A stretch of DNA of 64,000 bases. It comes from Minisyncoccota bacterium (GTDB lineage: Bacteria; Patescibacteriota; Minisyncoccia; Phycocordibacterales; CAIZLB01). The notes beneath the pieces were generated by a model. That model was not told the origin of the DNA. It saw only the letters and a list, made by a program, of their open reading frames with translations, and did no database searches. This document shows, in pieces, positions 49,101-59,027 of this stretch (positions within the stretch are counted from its first letter, which is position 1; the number at the start of each line of letters is the position of its first letter). The stretch lies in the NCBI GenBank assembly GCA_021734945.1, contig JAIPIA010000002.1, positions 258,829 to 322,828 of the forward strand, read 5' to 3'. A program made the position numbers and the translations under genes.

Positions 49101-50252
49101 ATGGATCCTAATGTTAAAAGAAACTTTTCATTCCCAAACTCTGACCAATATACAGACAGGAACAACACTGACCCTAATATTCTAAATGACACCAATACAG
49201 GGGGTGATGGAAATCAACTATCTGAACCTAGAAAAACCATAAATATCATGGACGCTTTGGCTGGTGCAAAAAAAGATGAAGGAGAGGCTCAAACAGTGAG
49301 AACATATCAATCTGACATCGCCAACACAATCAAGAACGATAATGTCTCCATGATTAAGGTTGCACTTTCAGAAAAAAAGAGACAAGAGAGAAGAGGGGGA
49401 CTTGATGATACTCTTGAAGAAGGCAATAAGAATCTTTATCTAGTAATTGGAGCAATAGTAGCTTTTATAGTTATAGCTGGCTTTATTGCTGGTTTTATAT
49501 TTTTACAATCTCAAAATAATACAAAAGTGGTTCAAAATGAGCAGCAAAAGGTACAGCCAATTTTATACACTGAGATGGTTTCTGTATTAAATATCGATGA
49601 AATTAATATAAATAACCTCATTAAACTTATTGAAAGCGACAGAGAGGCTCTAATGGATCTAGGTTCAATGAAAGCAATAGTACTAACCACAGGTAGCAGT
49701 ACATCTGAGAGACAAATTACTAGTATAGATTTTTTTAATGTTTTGAACTCACGCGCGCCAGATGGACTTCTTCGTTCTCTTGATCCAAACTTCTTATTGG
49801 GTGTTTATGCTTACAGCCCCCGAGAAATGTTCGCTGTTTTTCATGTAAACTCATACGACTCTGCCTTTGCAGGTATGTTGGAATGGGAGCCAAATGTTGA
49901 ATCAGATATTGGCGATATATTTATAAACAAAAAAGACCGTATCGGTCGAAATATTGGTTCTCTTGCAGGATCCAACACAACTATTAATCTTACTAGTTCA
50001 AGTACAGAGGACGGTACTACCTCAAAGTCAACAACATCTGCAACAAACGATAGTCCTTTTGGGGTTTTTAGTCAGAGAAAATTTGTAGATAAAATATTAA
50101 GCAATAAAGACGCTAGAGTACTCGTCGACTCAAACGGTAAGGAATCTATGTTATACACCTTTTTAGATAAAGAAACACTCGTTATTGCCACCTCAGAAAA
50201 ATCTCTCAAAGAGATCATTTTTAGACTTACAACTGGGCGAATAGTAAGGTAG
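49101..50252 (+). CDS. Hypothetical single-TM protein
   Basis: VRTYQSD motif, TM helix, AFAGMLEWE, NKDARVL; recognisable CPR-type family of unknown function. Confidence 0.75.
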   Translation: MDPNVKRNFSFPNSDQYTDRNNTDPNILNDTNTGGDGNQLSEPRKTINIMDALAGAKKDEGEAQTVRTYQSDIANTIKNDNVSMIKVALSEKKRQERRGGLDDTLEEGNKNLYLVIGAIVAFIVIAGFIAGFIFLQSQNNTKVVQNEQQKVQPILYTEMVSVLNIDEININNLIKLIESDREALMDLGSMKAIVLTTGSSTSERQITSIDFFNVLNSRAPDGLLRSLDPNFLLGVYAYSPREMFAVFHVNSYDSAFAGMLEWEPNVESDIGDIFINKKDRIGRNIGSLAGSNTTINLTSSSTEDGTTSKSTTSATNDSPFGVFSQRKFVDKILSNKDARVLVDSNGKESMLYTFLDKETLVIATSEKSLKEIIFRLTTGRIVR

Positions 50253-50302
50253 TTTATCTTTTTTTGATTTGTGCTTCATCGACACTTTGGTACAATGCAT
50301 AT

Positions 50303-50656
50303 ATGAACTTAGACATCCAACACTTTAAAGACCTATTAGTAAAAGAAAAAGAAATCCTCGAAAAAGACCTTAGTAGCATTGGACGAAAAATCGACCCTTC
50401 AGGTGTTGTCTGGGAAAGTGTTTCAAATCAAGAAGACAATACAGCAGATAGAGAGGAAGTAGCAAGCTCAATCGAATCATTTGAAAACAATGAGGGAGCA
50501 ATTTCTATTTTAGAAACACAACTCCATGAAGTAAATCACGCATTAGAAAAAATTGAGAAAGGAACTTATGGCATATGTGAAGTTTCTGGTGAAGAGATAG
50601 AAATTGATCGATTAGAAGCAAACCCATCAGCCAGAACATCAAAGAAGCATCTATAA
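50303..50656 (+). CDS. DksA/TraR-family protein with degenerate zinc finger
   Basis: Coiled coil, then ALEKIEKGTYGICEVSGEEI..RLEANPSARTSKKH. Confidence 0.85.
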   Translation: MNLDIQHFKDLLVKEKEILEKDLSSIGRKIDPSGVVWESVSNQEDNTADREEVASSIESFENNEGAISILETQLHEVNHALEKIEKGTYGICEVSGEEIEIDRLEANPSARTSKKHL

Positions 50657-50734
50657 AATAGGTGAGGCCTCAGAAACACCTAGATCAACTTTTCTGTTTA
50701 CTACAAACAGGTCTTTTTCAGGGTTATCCAAACG

Positions 50735-52402
50735 ATGGAAAAAGAAAATATTATTACAACAATTGGTCATGATGGCCTTACTGGTTTTATTGTTTCCATC
50801 GAAACAATCACCCGGAGAGGTCTTTTTCAGTTTGATATTATAGGTTTAGCAAATAAAACAATCTCTGAGTCTAAACAAAGGATTCTTTCCGCAATAAGTT
50901 TAGCCTCTAAGGAAAAAAATCATTATATAAACAAGAAAATTACTACACTACTTAGCCCCGCTGACTCAAAAAAGGAAGGTTCTCATTTTGATTTACCTAT
51001 TGCGATTTCATATCTCGTTTCAGTAAAAAAACAAATTGATGATGCAAATATATTTTCAAATATAATAATTTTAGGTGAGTTAACTCTAAGTGGCTCCGTG
51101 CTTCCAGTTAAAAATATCTCTGTTCTTATTCGCACTGGGATAGAAAATAAAATACTCTATTTTATAATTCCAGAAGGTAACAATAGTGAAATAAACAAGT
51201 TTGAAGGTATTTATATATGGCCTATTAAACATATATCCGAAATAATCTACATTATAGATACTCTAAATAAAATAAATACAGACGACGATAAAAAAGGGCT
51301 CCTAGATAAAAGAAAAAAGTTTCTTTCTAAATTCAAGTTTTTATCATTCAAAAATCACTACTTAAATGAAGACAAACAAACGGAAGCAAAGCACGATACT
51401 GAAAAAGGCAGGCTTGGAAGCTATTTAATAGACTCCGTAGAGGGGAATACAACCACCAAGAGAGGTTTGGAGATTGCACTTGCAGGTAGACACCATATGC
51501 TACTAGTAGGGACACCTGGGTGTGGAAAAAGTCTACTAGCAAAAGCTTCAAAGGAACTGATTCCAAAACTAACTAATAAAGACTTCAACATATTTCAACT
51601 TCAAAAAACCGATTCTTGGGTTACTCAAAATTCAAGTCAAATAAATTTTAGAGAACCTCACCATACATCAAGTTACACAGAAATCATCGGCAATCGTTTT
51701 ATCAGTGGAGAAATAGTATTAGCACACAACGGAATCCTTTTTCTCGATGAATTACCTGAGTTTAATAGAAGAGTTCTGGAATCACTCCGCCAACCTCTAG
51801 AAAACAAATATATTCAAAAAGAGACTTCGCAAATACAAGGTGTACATTCTGACTTAGTTCCCACAGATTTTATCTTAATTGCGTGTATGAATCCTTGCGA
51901 TTGTGGTTATTTTTTATCAAATAAAAAGAAATGTATATGCACTCAAGGTCAGAAAGAGAAGTATAAAAGGAAGATGAATAGTCCTTTGTTTCAAAGATTT
52001 GATATATGTATATATATTCAAGACCACTACAATACAAAACGAGGAAACAGAACTACAGTTGAAGTACAGAAGGTTGGCAAAGATATACTAAAGAGTATAG
52101 AAGAAGTGAGAGTTATTCAAAATAAAAGAACTGCTACACTTTTAGGTCTGTCTGCAAAAAGTGACTACACCACCGTCCTAGATAAGAAAAGTCTAAGTAA
52201 TCAGATTGATATGCAGAGCTTAAATGAACTATCAGGAAGTTCTCGTCAGACATTCAATAAAATATGTGGGAAATTTAATTTTTCAAAAAGGGAAGAATTT
52301 TCTTTACTCAGAATTTCAAGAACTATTGCCGATTTGGAAAAATCAGATCAAATCAAGGAGAAACACATACTTGAGGCTCTCTCTTACAAAAATAAAAATT
52401 AA
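50735..52402 (+). CDS. comM: ComM/YifB AAA+ helicase (Mg-chelatase-like)
   Basis: KKEGSHFDLPIA, GTPGCGKS, FREPHH, LDELPEF, MNPCDCG, RTIADL. Confidence 0.88.
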   Translation: MEKENIITTIGHDGLTGFIVSIETITRRGLFQFDIIGLANKTISESKQRILSAISLASKEKNHYINKKITTLLSPADSKKEGSHFDLPIAISYLVSVKKQIDDANIFSNIIILGELTLSGSVLPVKNISVLIRTGIENKILYFIIPEGNNSEINKFEGIYIWPIKHISEIIYIIDTLNKINTDDDKKGLLDKRKKFLSKFKFLSFKNHYLNEDKQTEAKHDTEKGRLGSYLIDSVEGNTTTKRGLEIALAGRHHMLLVGTPGCGKSLLAKASKELIPKLTNKDFNIFQLQKTDSWVTQNSSQINFREPHHTSSYTEIIGNRFISGEIVLAHNGILFLDELPEFNRRVLESLRQPLENKYIQKETSQIQGVHSDLVPTDFILIACMNPCDCGYFLSNKKKCICTQGQKEKYKRKMNSPLFQRFDICIYIQDHYNTKRGNRTTVEVQKVGKDILKSIEEVRVIQNKRTATLLGLSAKSDYTTVLDKKSLSNQIDMQSLNELSGSSRQTFNKICGKFNFSKREEFSLLRISRTIADLEKSDQIKEKHILEALSYKNKN

Positions 52403-52438
52403 ATAAAATCAGAACAAAAGATGACGCACTTCACAAAA

Positions 52439-53566
52439 CTAAAATGGATTTTTTCCTCCTCGGACTTCAAAATGAAGGTGCACACCTGTTGACTGTCCTG
52501 TATTACCCATCTTTCCAATTTGCTGTCCTTTTGAAACAGTCTGTCCCGCTGATACAAGAGTTTGACTCAAATGACCATACAAAGTCTGCGTGCCATTTGA
52601 ATGTTTTATAACAATATATGTACCATACCCTCCACCCCAACCTCCACTCTTACTGATGATTACCTGACCAGCAGCAGCAGCCAATATAGGAGCACCATAT
52701 GTGGAAACTAGATCAACACCATTGTGACCATGTATACCTTGTGTACGCATACCACCAACAATTGGTCTTGAAAAATATCCAGTTGTATCAACATAAGCGA
52801 TAGAAGAATTATCAGCACCCTTAGTTCCCTTGCTCGCTTTCTTTTTAGCTGCTATTTTCTTTTTGTCAGCTTCTTCAGCCTTCTTATTTTCACTTGCAAG
52901 GAGAGAGCCATCAGCATCAGGAATCATAATAGATACTCCAACAGTAAGCTTCTCATCACTACTCAAGTTATTAAATTGAGCAATTTCATCTTCATCACCA
53001 TCAAACTTATTTGCGATACTTTTTATTGTATCTCCTTTTTTAATTTCATATTTAATACTTGAAATAGGGAGAATAACGAGCACTTGATCAGGTTGAATTA
53101 AAGAACCCTTTTTGAGATCGTTTGCCCAAAGAATAGTGTTTGGTGTAACACCAAACATCTGAGCAATCTGTTCTAAAGTGTCATTTGGATGAACAGTATA
53201 TAGACTAATTCGATCTGAATTTAGAGAATCACTTGAATATCCAGTAAAAGTTCCTTCTGTAACTGAACTATTCTCATTAGTTAAAGCTTTACCCTCTACG
53301 AGAGAAGCACTAGTCTTTATTTCCTTTATAACCTCCATGGAAGAACTCCCGTCAAGTGGGTTCGCAATCGCGGTTAAAATAGGCATTGTTTGAATGTTTT
53401 TGATATGAACTTGTTCAATCTCCTGTAAACCCCCAACATTAGTATTTCTAAAAACTGAAGAAAGTATAGAAATCACATCTGCTGAAGATGCAGAAGGGGC
53501 AAAAGTGACACCAAGAGTCACCAAAACTAATAGGCTAGAAAAAGATAGAGAGAAGGGCTTATGCAC
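52439..53566 (-). CDS. LysM-domain M23 metallopeptidase
   Basis: Two LysM repeats; HNGVD, YGHL, STGVHLHFEVR. Confidence 0.92.
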   Translation of the reverse strand: MHKPFSLSFSSLLVLVTLGVTFAPSASSADVISILSSVFRNTNVGGLQEIEQVHIKNIQTMPILTAIANPLDGSSSMEVIKEIKTSASLVEGKALTNENSSVTEGTFTGYSSDSLNSDRISLYTVHPNDTLEQIAQMFGVTPNTILWANDLKKGSLIQPDQVLVILPISSIKYEIKKGDTIKSIANKFDGDEDEIAQFNNLSSDEKLTVGVSIMIPDADGSLLASENKKAEEADKKKIAAKKKASKGTKGADNSSIAYVDTTGYFSRPIVGGMRTQGIHGHNGVDLVSTYGAPILAAAAGQVIISKSGGWGGGYGTYIVIKHSNGTQTLYGHLSQTLVSAGQTVSKGQQIGKMGNTGQSTGVHLHFEVRGGKNPF

Positions 53567-53670
53567 TCCCTAAATTGTATGAAATCGCACCTAACACGTC
53601 AATACACCTAAAACAAGACAATACTTAGAGATAAAAGTAAATTTTTTAAGACCTATGTTATATTTTTCAT

Positions 53671-55782
53671 ATGTCTGATCAAAATCTTTTTAATGAGTTG
53701 AACGAATTCAACAGTACCACTGATGAAATGAATACAAATAAGGAAAATATGGCTAATACAAAAGGTATATCTGAAACAGAATATTTAAAAGATTTAAATC
53801 CTGCTCAACTAGAGGCAGCTCTTTGTACAGAAGGGCCTTTACTTATACTTGCTGGGGCTGGGGCTGGCAAAACAAAGACAGTGACATACAGAATATTACA
53901 CCTCATAAAAACAGGTGTGTCACCAAGAGCTATCCTTGCAATCACCTTTACAAACAAAGCTGCGCGCGAGATGCGAGAAAGAGTCACTAGTTTGTTAAAT
54001 TCTGACCAAAACTTCAATTTACCTATGCACTCAATGTCTAGTCATGACTATGGGGATAGAGGTGACAGACCTTTTGTCTCAACCTTTCACTCCCTTGGAG
54101 TAAGCATCTTAAAAGAGAGTGGTCACAAACTTGGAATACCACGACACTTCGTTATCTATGACCGAGGCGATTCAAAGAGTGCTGTTAAGGATGCTCTTGT
54201 TGAACTTGGTCACGATCCAAAACAAATTGACCCTAATAAAATTCTCGGCATCATTTCTCGAGAAAAGGGAAATTTTACATCAAGAGAAGAGTTTGAAGCC
54301 AAAAGCGGAGATGATTATATGGGCAGTATTGCCGCTGAAGTCTGGAGGAAATATGACGCAAAATTGGATAAAGATAAAGCACTAGATTTTGATGACCTTT
54401 TATTTAAAACAGCACACTTACTTTCTACTCACCCTGAGATACGAGAGTATTATCAAAAAAAATGGAGATATGTACATGTAGATGAATATCAGGACACGAA
54501 CCAAGTTCAGTACAGAATAGTGCAACTACTTGTTGGTAAAAATGAAAACTTAGCAGTAGTAGGTGATGGAGATCAATCTATTTATGGATGGAGAGGTGCG
54601 GATATTAAAAATATTCTTAAATTTGAAGAAGACTATCCAACCGCAAAAATGGTTTTGCTCGAGCAAAATTACAGGTCAACTCAAACTATTCTAACTGCTG
54701 CTAATAAGGTTATTGAAAAAAATATTTACAGAAAGAAAAAAAATCTTTTTACAAAAAATGAGGCAGGAGAAAAAATAAAAATATATACAGCTTATGATGA
54801 GACTGACGAGGCAAACTTCATTGCAAACACAGTTCGTGAAATGCTTGATAAAGGAACTATCGATGCGTCTGGAAATAAAAAAATAATAAAACCAGATGAC
54901 ATCGCAGTCTTGTATCGCGCCAACTTCCAATCGAGAGCTATTGAAGATTCATTTCTCCGAAAAAATATTGCCTACACACTTTTAGGTACAAAATTCTTTG
55001 AACGAAAAGAAGTTAAGGATGTCATTTCGTACATACGATTAGCCCTGAATCCAGATTCTATGGTTGATGTTAAACGTGTAATAAATTCACCGGTGCGTGG
55101 TATTGGAAAGACAACATTACTTAAAGTTTTAGAAGGTAAAGAGGATGAACTTCCAAATGCAGCTAAAGAAAAGATACGATCATTTCGTTCACTTCTCGCA
55201 GCTATTGAACAGAAAACAAAAACTGATAAAGCATCAGAAGTCGTTAAATACGTAATAACAATGTCTGGAATGGAAAAATCTTTTAAAGATGAAGACGAAC
55301 AAGAGCGACTTGAAAACGTAAGAGAACTTGTAACTCTTGCTCTCAAATATGATTCATATGTTCAACCAGAGGGTATTGAAAAAATGTTAGAAGAGGCAGC
55401 CCTCGCAAGTGATCAAGACACGATTGACGAAGAAAAAGATAAGGATAAAAAACCTGGAGTAAAACTCATGACTGTACATGCATCAAAAGGACTTGAGTTT
55501 GAATATGTATTTGTGACAGGTCTCGAACAAGATCTCTTTCCATCCGGGAGAACGCGTGATGAAGCAATTAGTCCTGAATCGAGCGAAGAGGAACGTCGAC
55601 TATTTTATGTTGCACTGACACGAGCAAAAAAGAGACTTTTTCTTTCACATGCAAATGTCCGTACTATTTTCGGAAATAAACAAGTGACACTTCCTTCAGA
55701 ATTTTTAGCAGATATTGATGAAGATTTGATTGAAGAAGAAAAGCCAGTCACAGGAATAAAATCGATATTTATTGATTTTTAA
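53671..55782 (+). CDS. pcrA: UvrD/PcrA DNA helicase
   Basis: AGAGAGKT, TFTNKAA, DEYQD, NYRS, TVHASKGLEF, EERRLFYVA. Confidence 0.95.
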   Translation: MSDQNLFNELNEFNSTTDEMNTNKENMANTKGISETEYLKDLNPAQLEAALCTEGPLLILAGAGAGKTKTVTYRILHLIKTGVSPRAILAITFTNKAAREMRERVTSLLNSDQNFNLPMHSMSSHDYGDRGDRPFVSTFHSLGVSILKESGHKLGIPRHFVIYDRGDSKSAVKDALVELGHDPKQIDPNKILGIISREKGNFTSREEFEAKSGDDYMGSIAAEVWRKYDAKLDKDKALDFDDLLFKTAHLLSTHPEIREYYQKKWRYVHVDEYQDTNQVQYRIVQLLVGKNENLAVVGDGDQSIYGWRGADIKNILKFEEDYPTAKMVLLEQNYRSTQTILTAANKVIEKNIYRKKKNLFTKNEAGEKIKIYTAYDETDEANFIANTVREMLDKGTIDASGNKKIIKPDDIAVLYRANFQSRAIEDSFLRKNIAYTLLGTKFFERKEVKDVISYIRLALNPDSMVDVKRVINSPVRGIGKTTLLKVLEGKEDELPNAAKEKIRSFRSLLAAIEQKTKTDKASEVVKYVITMSGMEKSFKDEDEQERLENVRELVTLALKYDSYVQPEGIEKMLEEAALASDQDTIDEEKDKDKKPGVKLMTVHASKGLEFEYVFVTGLEQDLFPSGRTRDEAISPESSEEERRLFYVALTRAKKRLFLSHANVRTIFGNKQVTLPSEFLADIDEDLIEEEKPVTGIKSIFIDF

Positions 55783-55821
55783 ATTATTGCTCTAAGTAGT
55801 CCACTAGTATAAGATTCGAAT

Positions 55822-56811
55822 ATGTTATCAAAGTTAGACAAAAACTCGTCAGGAGGTTTTGAAAAGGGCTTCAAAAAAATAGAACCAACAAGCAAACTCG
55901 AATCTGATTCTCATTTTGCTAAAAAATCTCTCGGACAAAACTTCTTAAAATCTGAGAGGGCTCTTTTGGATATGGTACAAGCGGGTGATATTCAAGAAGA
56001 TGAAACTATTATAGAAATTGGGCCAGGTAAGGGGGCTCTAACAATAAAACTCCTCGAGAAAATAAAAAATACCCCAGGATCACGGCTCATTTGCATCGAA
56101 AAGGATGACAGATTGGTACCTTTTTTAAAGGAAAGCTATGCAGAGGCTATACAAAAGGGTATTTTAGAAATAATTCATGGTGACATTATAGATATTTTGG
56201 AAAATAAGGATGATTTTGAGAAGTTAGTCGACAGAGGAGATAAGGGTGGAAAAAAGAAGCCGTATAAAATTATAGCCAACATACCGTATTATATAACTGG
56301 CCTTATTTTTAGGGGTATTTTTGAACTACACCATTTACCAGAAAAGATAGTACTCTTGGTTCAAAAAGAGGTGGCCAACCGCATTATAGCCTACGGAGAC
56401 AATGGAAAAATCAACGCTATCAATAAAGATTCTAATGGGGGCAATAAGGATTCAGGTAAGGAAAGCATACTTTCTATTAGTATCAAACTCTATGGGGTAC
56501 CCCGAAGAGTCTCTATCGTACCTAGAGGGGCTTTTGTTCCTGCACCAAACGTTGATTCCGCTATCATTGCTGTGGAAAACATAGAGAGAAAAATCCCTCA
56601 AAAACTCGATTCTGTGTTTTTTGAAATGATTCACTCGGCTTTTTCTCATAAAAGAAAACGCTTGGCTAAAAATCTTGAAAGTTTTTCAAATAAAAAAATG
56701 AATTCTATCCAATATGAAAAAATATTGGGAGAGTTAGATTTAGATAAAAACATAAGAGCTGAAGATATTTCTATACAAACGTATATACAACTATTTGAAC
56801 GGTTGATATAA
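55822..56811 (+). CDS. rsmA: 16S rRNA adenine dimethyltransferase
   Basis: KKSLGQNFL, EIGPGKG, ANIPYYIT, P.PNVDS. Confidence 0.95.
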   Translation: MLSKLDKNSSGGFEKGFKKIEPTSKLESDSHFAKKSLGQNFLKSERALLDMVQAGDIQEDETIIEIGPGKGALTIKLLEKIKNTPGSRLICIEKDDRLVPFLKESYAEAIQKGILEIIHGDIIDILENKDDFEKLVDRGDKGGKKKPYKIIANIPYYITGLIFRGIFELHHLPEKIVLLVQKEVANRIIAYGDNGKINAINKDSNGGNKDSGKESILSISIKLYGVPRRVSIVPRGAFVPAPNVDSAIIAVENIERKIPQKLDSVFFEMIHSAFSHKRKRLAKNLESFSNKKMNSIQYEKILGELDLDKNIRAEDISIQTYIQLFERLI

Positions 56812-56822
56812 TAGCTGAAGCT

Positions 56823-57752
56823 ATGTATCCTAATTCACAGACACCTCAAAAAAACTCCTTACTTGCACCTGAGGAATCAAAAATCAATCTTAAAAAAGAT
56901 ATCCTTCCTCATAAAAAAGTTCTAATTCTTGGTGCTGTATGTATTTCTATTATTGTAATACTCCTCACATATAAAATCTCAAATGAGAGACGACTGTTAC
57001 TTGAAAAACAGTCTGACCTTTTAGTAACAGCAGGACGTACAGAAGAAGAAATTGTAGCTGATAGAAAAATTGTGGAAGCTCTAAAAGAAGCTAAACTAAC
57101 AAGCTTAGGATCCCTAGCAAATTCAACAAACCCCTTCGACCCTTCGCCAAAAGACAATATTAGTGACCGATTTACGAAAGATGTTTTTGCAGCGTATTTG
57201 CAATACAACAAAGATGGTGTTCTTCCTGACGGTGATTCACTCATCCAAAATTTTGATTATCTTGATATAAACGATACGGACAAAAACAAATACAGTCTAT
57301 CTTTCATGAATATTTTTGTACCTACGACAAAAGATGAAATAAGAAACTACGGAAACATATTTGCAAAAACATATTTAGACACTATCGCCCCTGTAGATAG
57401 AGATGTGTTGAAATATCAAACTGATATAAACGCTATGGTTCCTATTTACAAAGCAATAGGAGAGAACCTTCTCAAAGTAAGGGTTCCAAGTGTAGTAGCA
57501 AGCTTTCAACTAGAGCTTGTAAATCAATATCTAAAACAAGCAGATGCTTTTGTTTTGGTAGGAGGACAAGTAAAAGATCCCGTAAAAGCTCTCCTTGGTT
57601 TAAAAGTTATACGTGAGGGCATTCCTGTACAAGTTGAGATGTTCACAAATATCAAAAAATATTTAAACGAAAATGGTATAGTATATACAGAAAATGAGCC
57701 TGGTAACTTCTGGAATGTTGGAACTACAACAATTTCAATTCAACAACAATAA
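56823..57752 (+). CDS. Hypothetical single-TM protein, first gene of T4SS-like locus
   Basis: 309-aa ORF with N-terminal TM, tightly linked to neighbours. Confidence 0.75.
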   Translation: MYPNSQTPQKNSLLAPEESKINLKKDILPHKKVLILGAVCISIIVILLTYKISNERRLLLEKQSDLLVTAGRTEEEIVADRKIVEALKEAKLTSLGSLANSTNPFDPSPKDNISDRFTKDVFAAYLQYNKDGVLPDGDSLIQNFDYLDINDTDKNKYSLSFMNIFVPTTKDEIRNYGNIFAKTYLDTIAPVDRDVLKYQTDINAMVPIYKAIGENLLKVRVPSVVASFQLELVNQYLKQADAFVLVGGQVKDPVKALLGLKVIREGIPVQVEMFTNIKKYLNENGIVYTENEPGNFWNVGTTTISIQQQ

Positions 57753-57755
57753 TTT

Positions 57756-58937
57756 ATGAAGAGTTATAAAAAAGTATCAATAAGTTTAAAAAAAGCAGTT
57801 GTATCTCTTACAATTGCAGGCCTCTTGGTATTACAAATACCTGGAACAGCTTTTGGACAAGAAAATAGTGACAATCAATTAAACCGAATTCAATCAAATT
57901 TATCTAGCAAGTCTGACGCCCAAGCCACCGCAGCCGATGGCGACACATCAGGTGTATCAGGGGGGAGTGGAGGTTCTGGTGCTGCGGTATCAGACGCCCT
58001 CGGATGTTCAGCAGCCTCACTACTCGGTCAAGCTGTAGCAATGGGTCTCAAATCCTTAGCTTCTAAAGCAGTAGGTAAGGTAACTTCGATGTTCACTACT
58101 GTACCTATTTCAGCCAATGCCGTTGGAGACAATATAGATAAATCAGCAAACGCAAACGAAGCTGACGCTTCAGTCAATGCAGTGCAACAGATTTTTGGTA
58201 TACCTTTTGGTGCCAGTTTTAACGGTATTGCATACTGTATTGTGAACGGACTTATTACATATATTGCAGACTCAACTATTGCTTGGGCAAATTCTGGTTT
58301 CCAGGGTAACCCGGCCTTTTTGGAAAATCCTGAGTCTTTTTTCACCACTCTAGCCGATAAACAAGTAAGTCAATTTATTTCATCTGTAGCTTATAACTCT
58401 ACAGGTGTAAACGTCTGTGAACCCTTTCGAGTAGATCTTGCTATCGCACTTTCGGAGTCATATGGAGGACAAGGAGGAACAGGTAATATAAGTTGTAGTA
58501 TGGATCAAATTGGTCAGAATTTTGCTAATTTTGCAAATGGGGGACAAGGTGGGGGCGCAAATGTTAATGGATATTGGAGCAATTGGAATCAAATGAGACA
58601 AGATCAAAATAATCCATGGGGGGCATATATAGAAGCAGGTGATTACATGCGAGGACAAGTGTCTATTAAAAACAATACGGCAAAATTCGAACTTGGTCTT
58701 AATAATGGATTCTTAAACTTTAAAAAATGTGAGGACAAAGAAGCTGCTAAAAAGGGAGATACGAGTAGTTGTAAGACTTATACACCTGGTTCACTCATTG
58801 AATCATCTCTCAATAAAACACTAAGTCTTGGAAAAGAAAGACTTGTAGCCGCAGGTAAAATTGATCAGGTCATAACAGCTGTTGCAAATGCGCTCGTGAA
58901 AAAAGCTCTAAATACAGTTTTAGAACAAGGTCAGTAA
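57756..58937 (+). CDS. Hypothetical secreted Cys-containing protein
   Basis: Signal peptide (...GTAFG); WANSGFQGNPAF and TPGS motifs; six Cys. Confidence 0.75.
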   Translation: MKSYKKVSISLKKAVVSLTIAGLLVLQIPGTAFGQENSDNQLNRIQSNLSSKSDAQATAADGDTSGVSGGSGGSGAAVSDALGCSAASLLGQAVAMGLKSLASKAVGKVTSMFTTVPISANAVGDNIDKSANANEADASVNAVQQIFGIPFGASFNGIAYCIVNGLITYIADSTIAWANSGFQGNPAFLENPESFFTTLADKQVSQFISSVAYNSTGVNVCEPFRVDLAIALSESYGGQGGTGNISCSMDQIGQNFANFANGGQGGGANVNGYWSNWNQMRQDQNNPWGAYIEAGDYMRGQVSIKNNTAKFELGLNNGFLNFKKCEDKEAAKKGDTSSCKTYTPGSLIESSLNKTLSLGKERLVAAGKIDQVITAVANALVKKALNTVLEQGQ

Positions 58938-59027
58938 TTCAGCAATTCGAGAAAAATCTTTCATTTAGATATATAGTAAATAATGGTGGAAATTTTTTAC
59001 TATCTTTTTAAAAATGATGTATAATTC

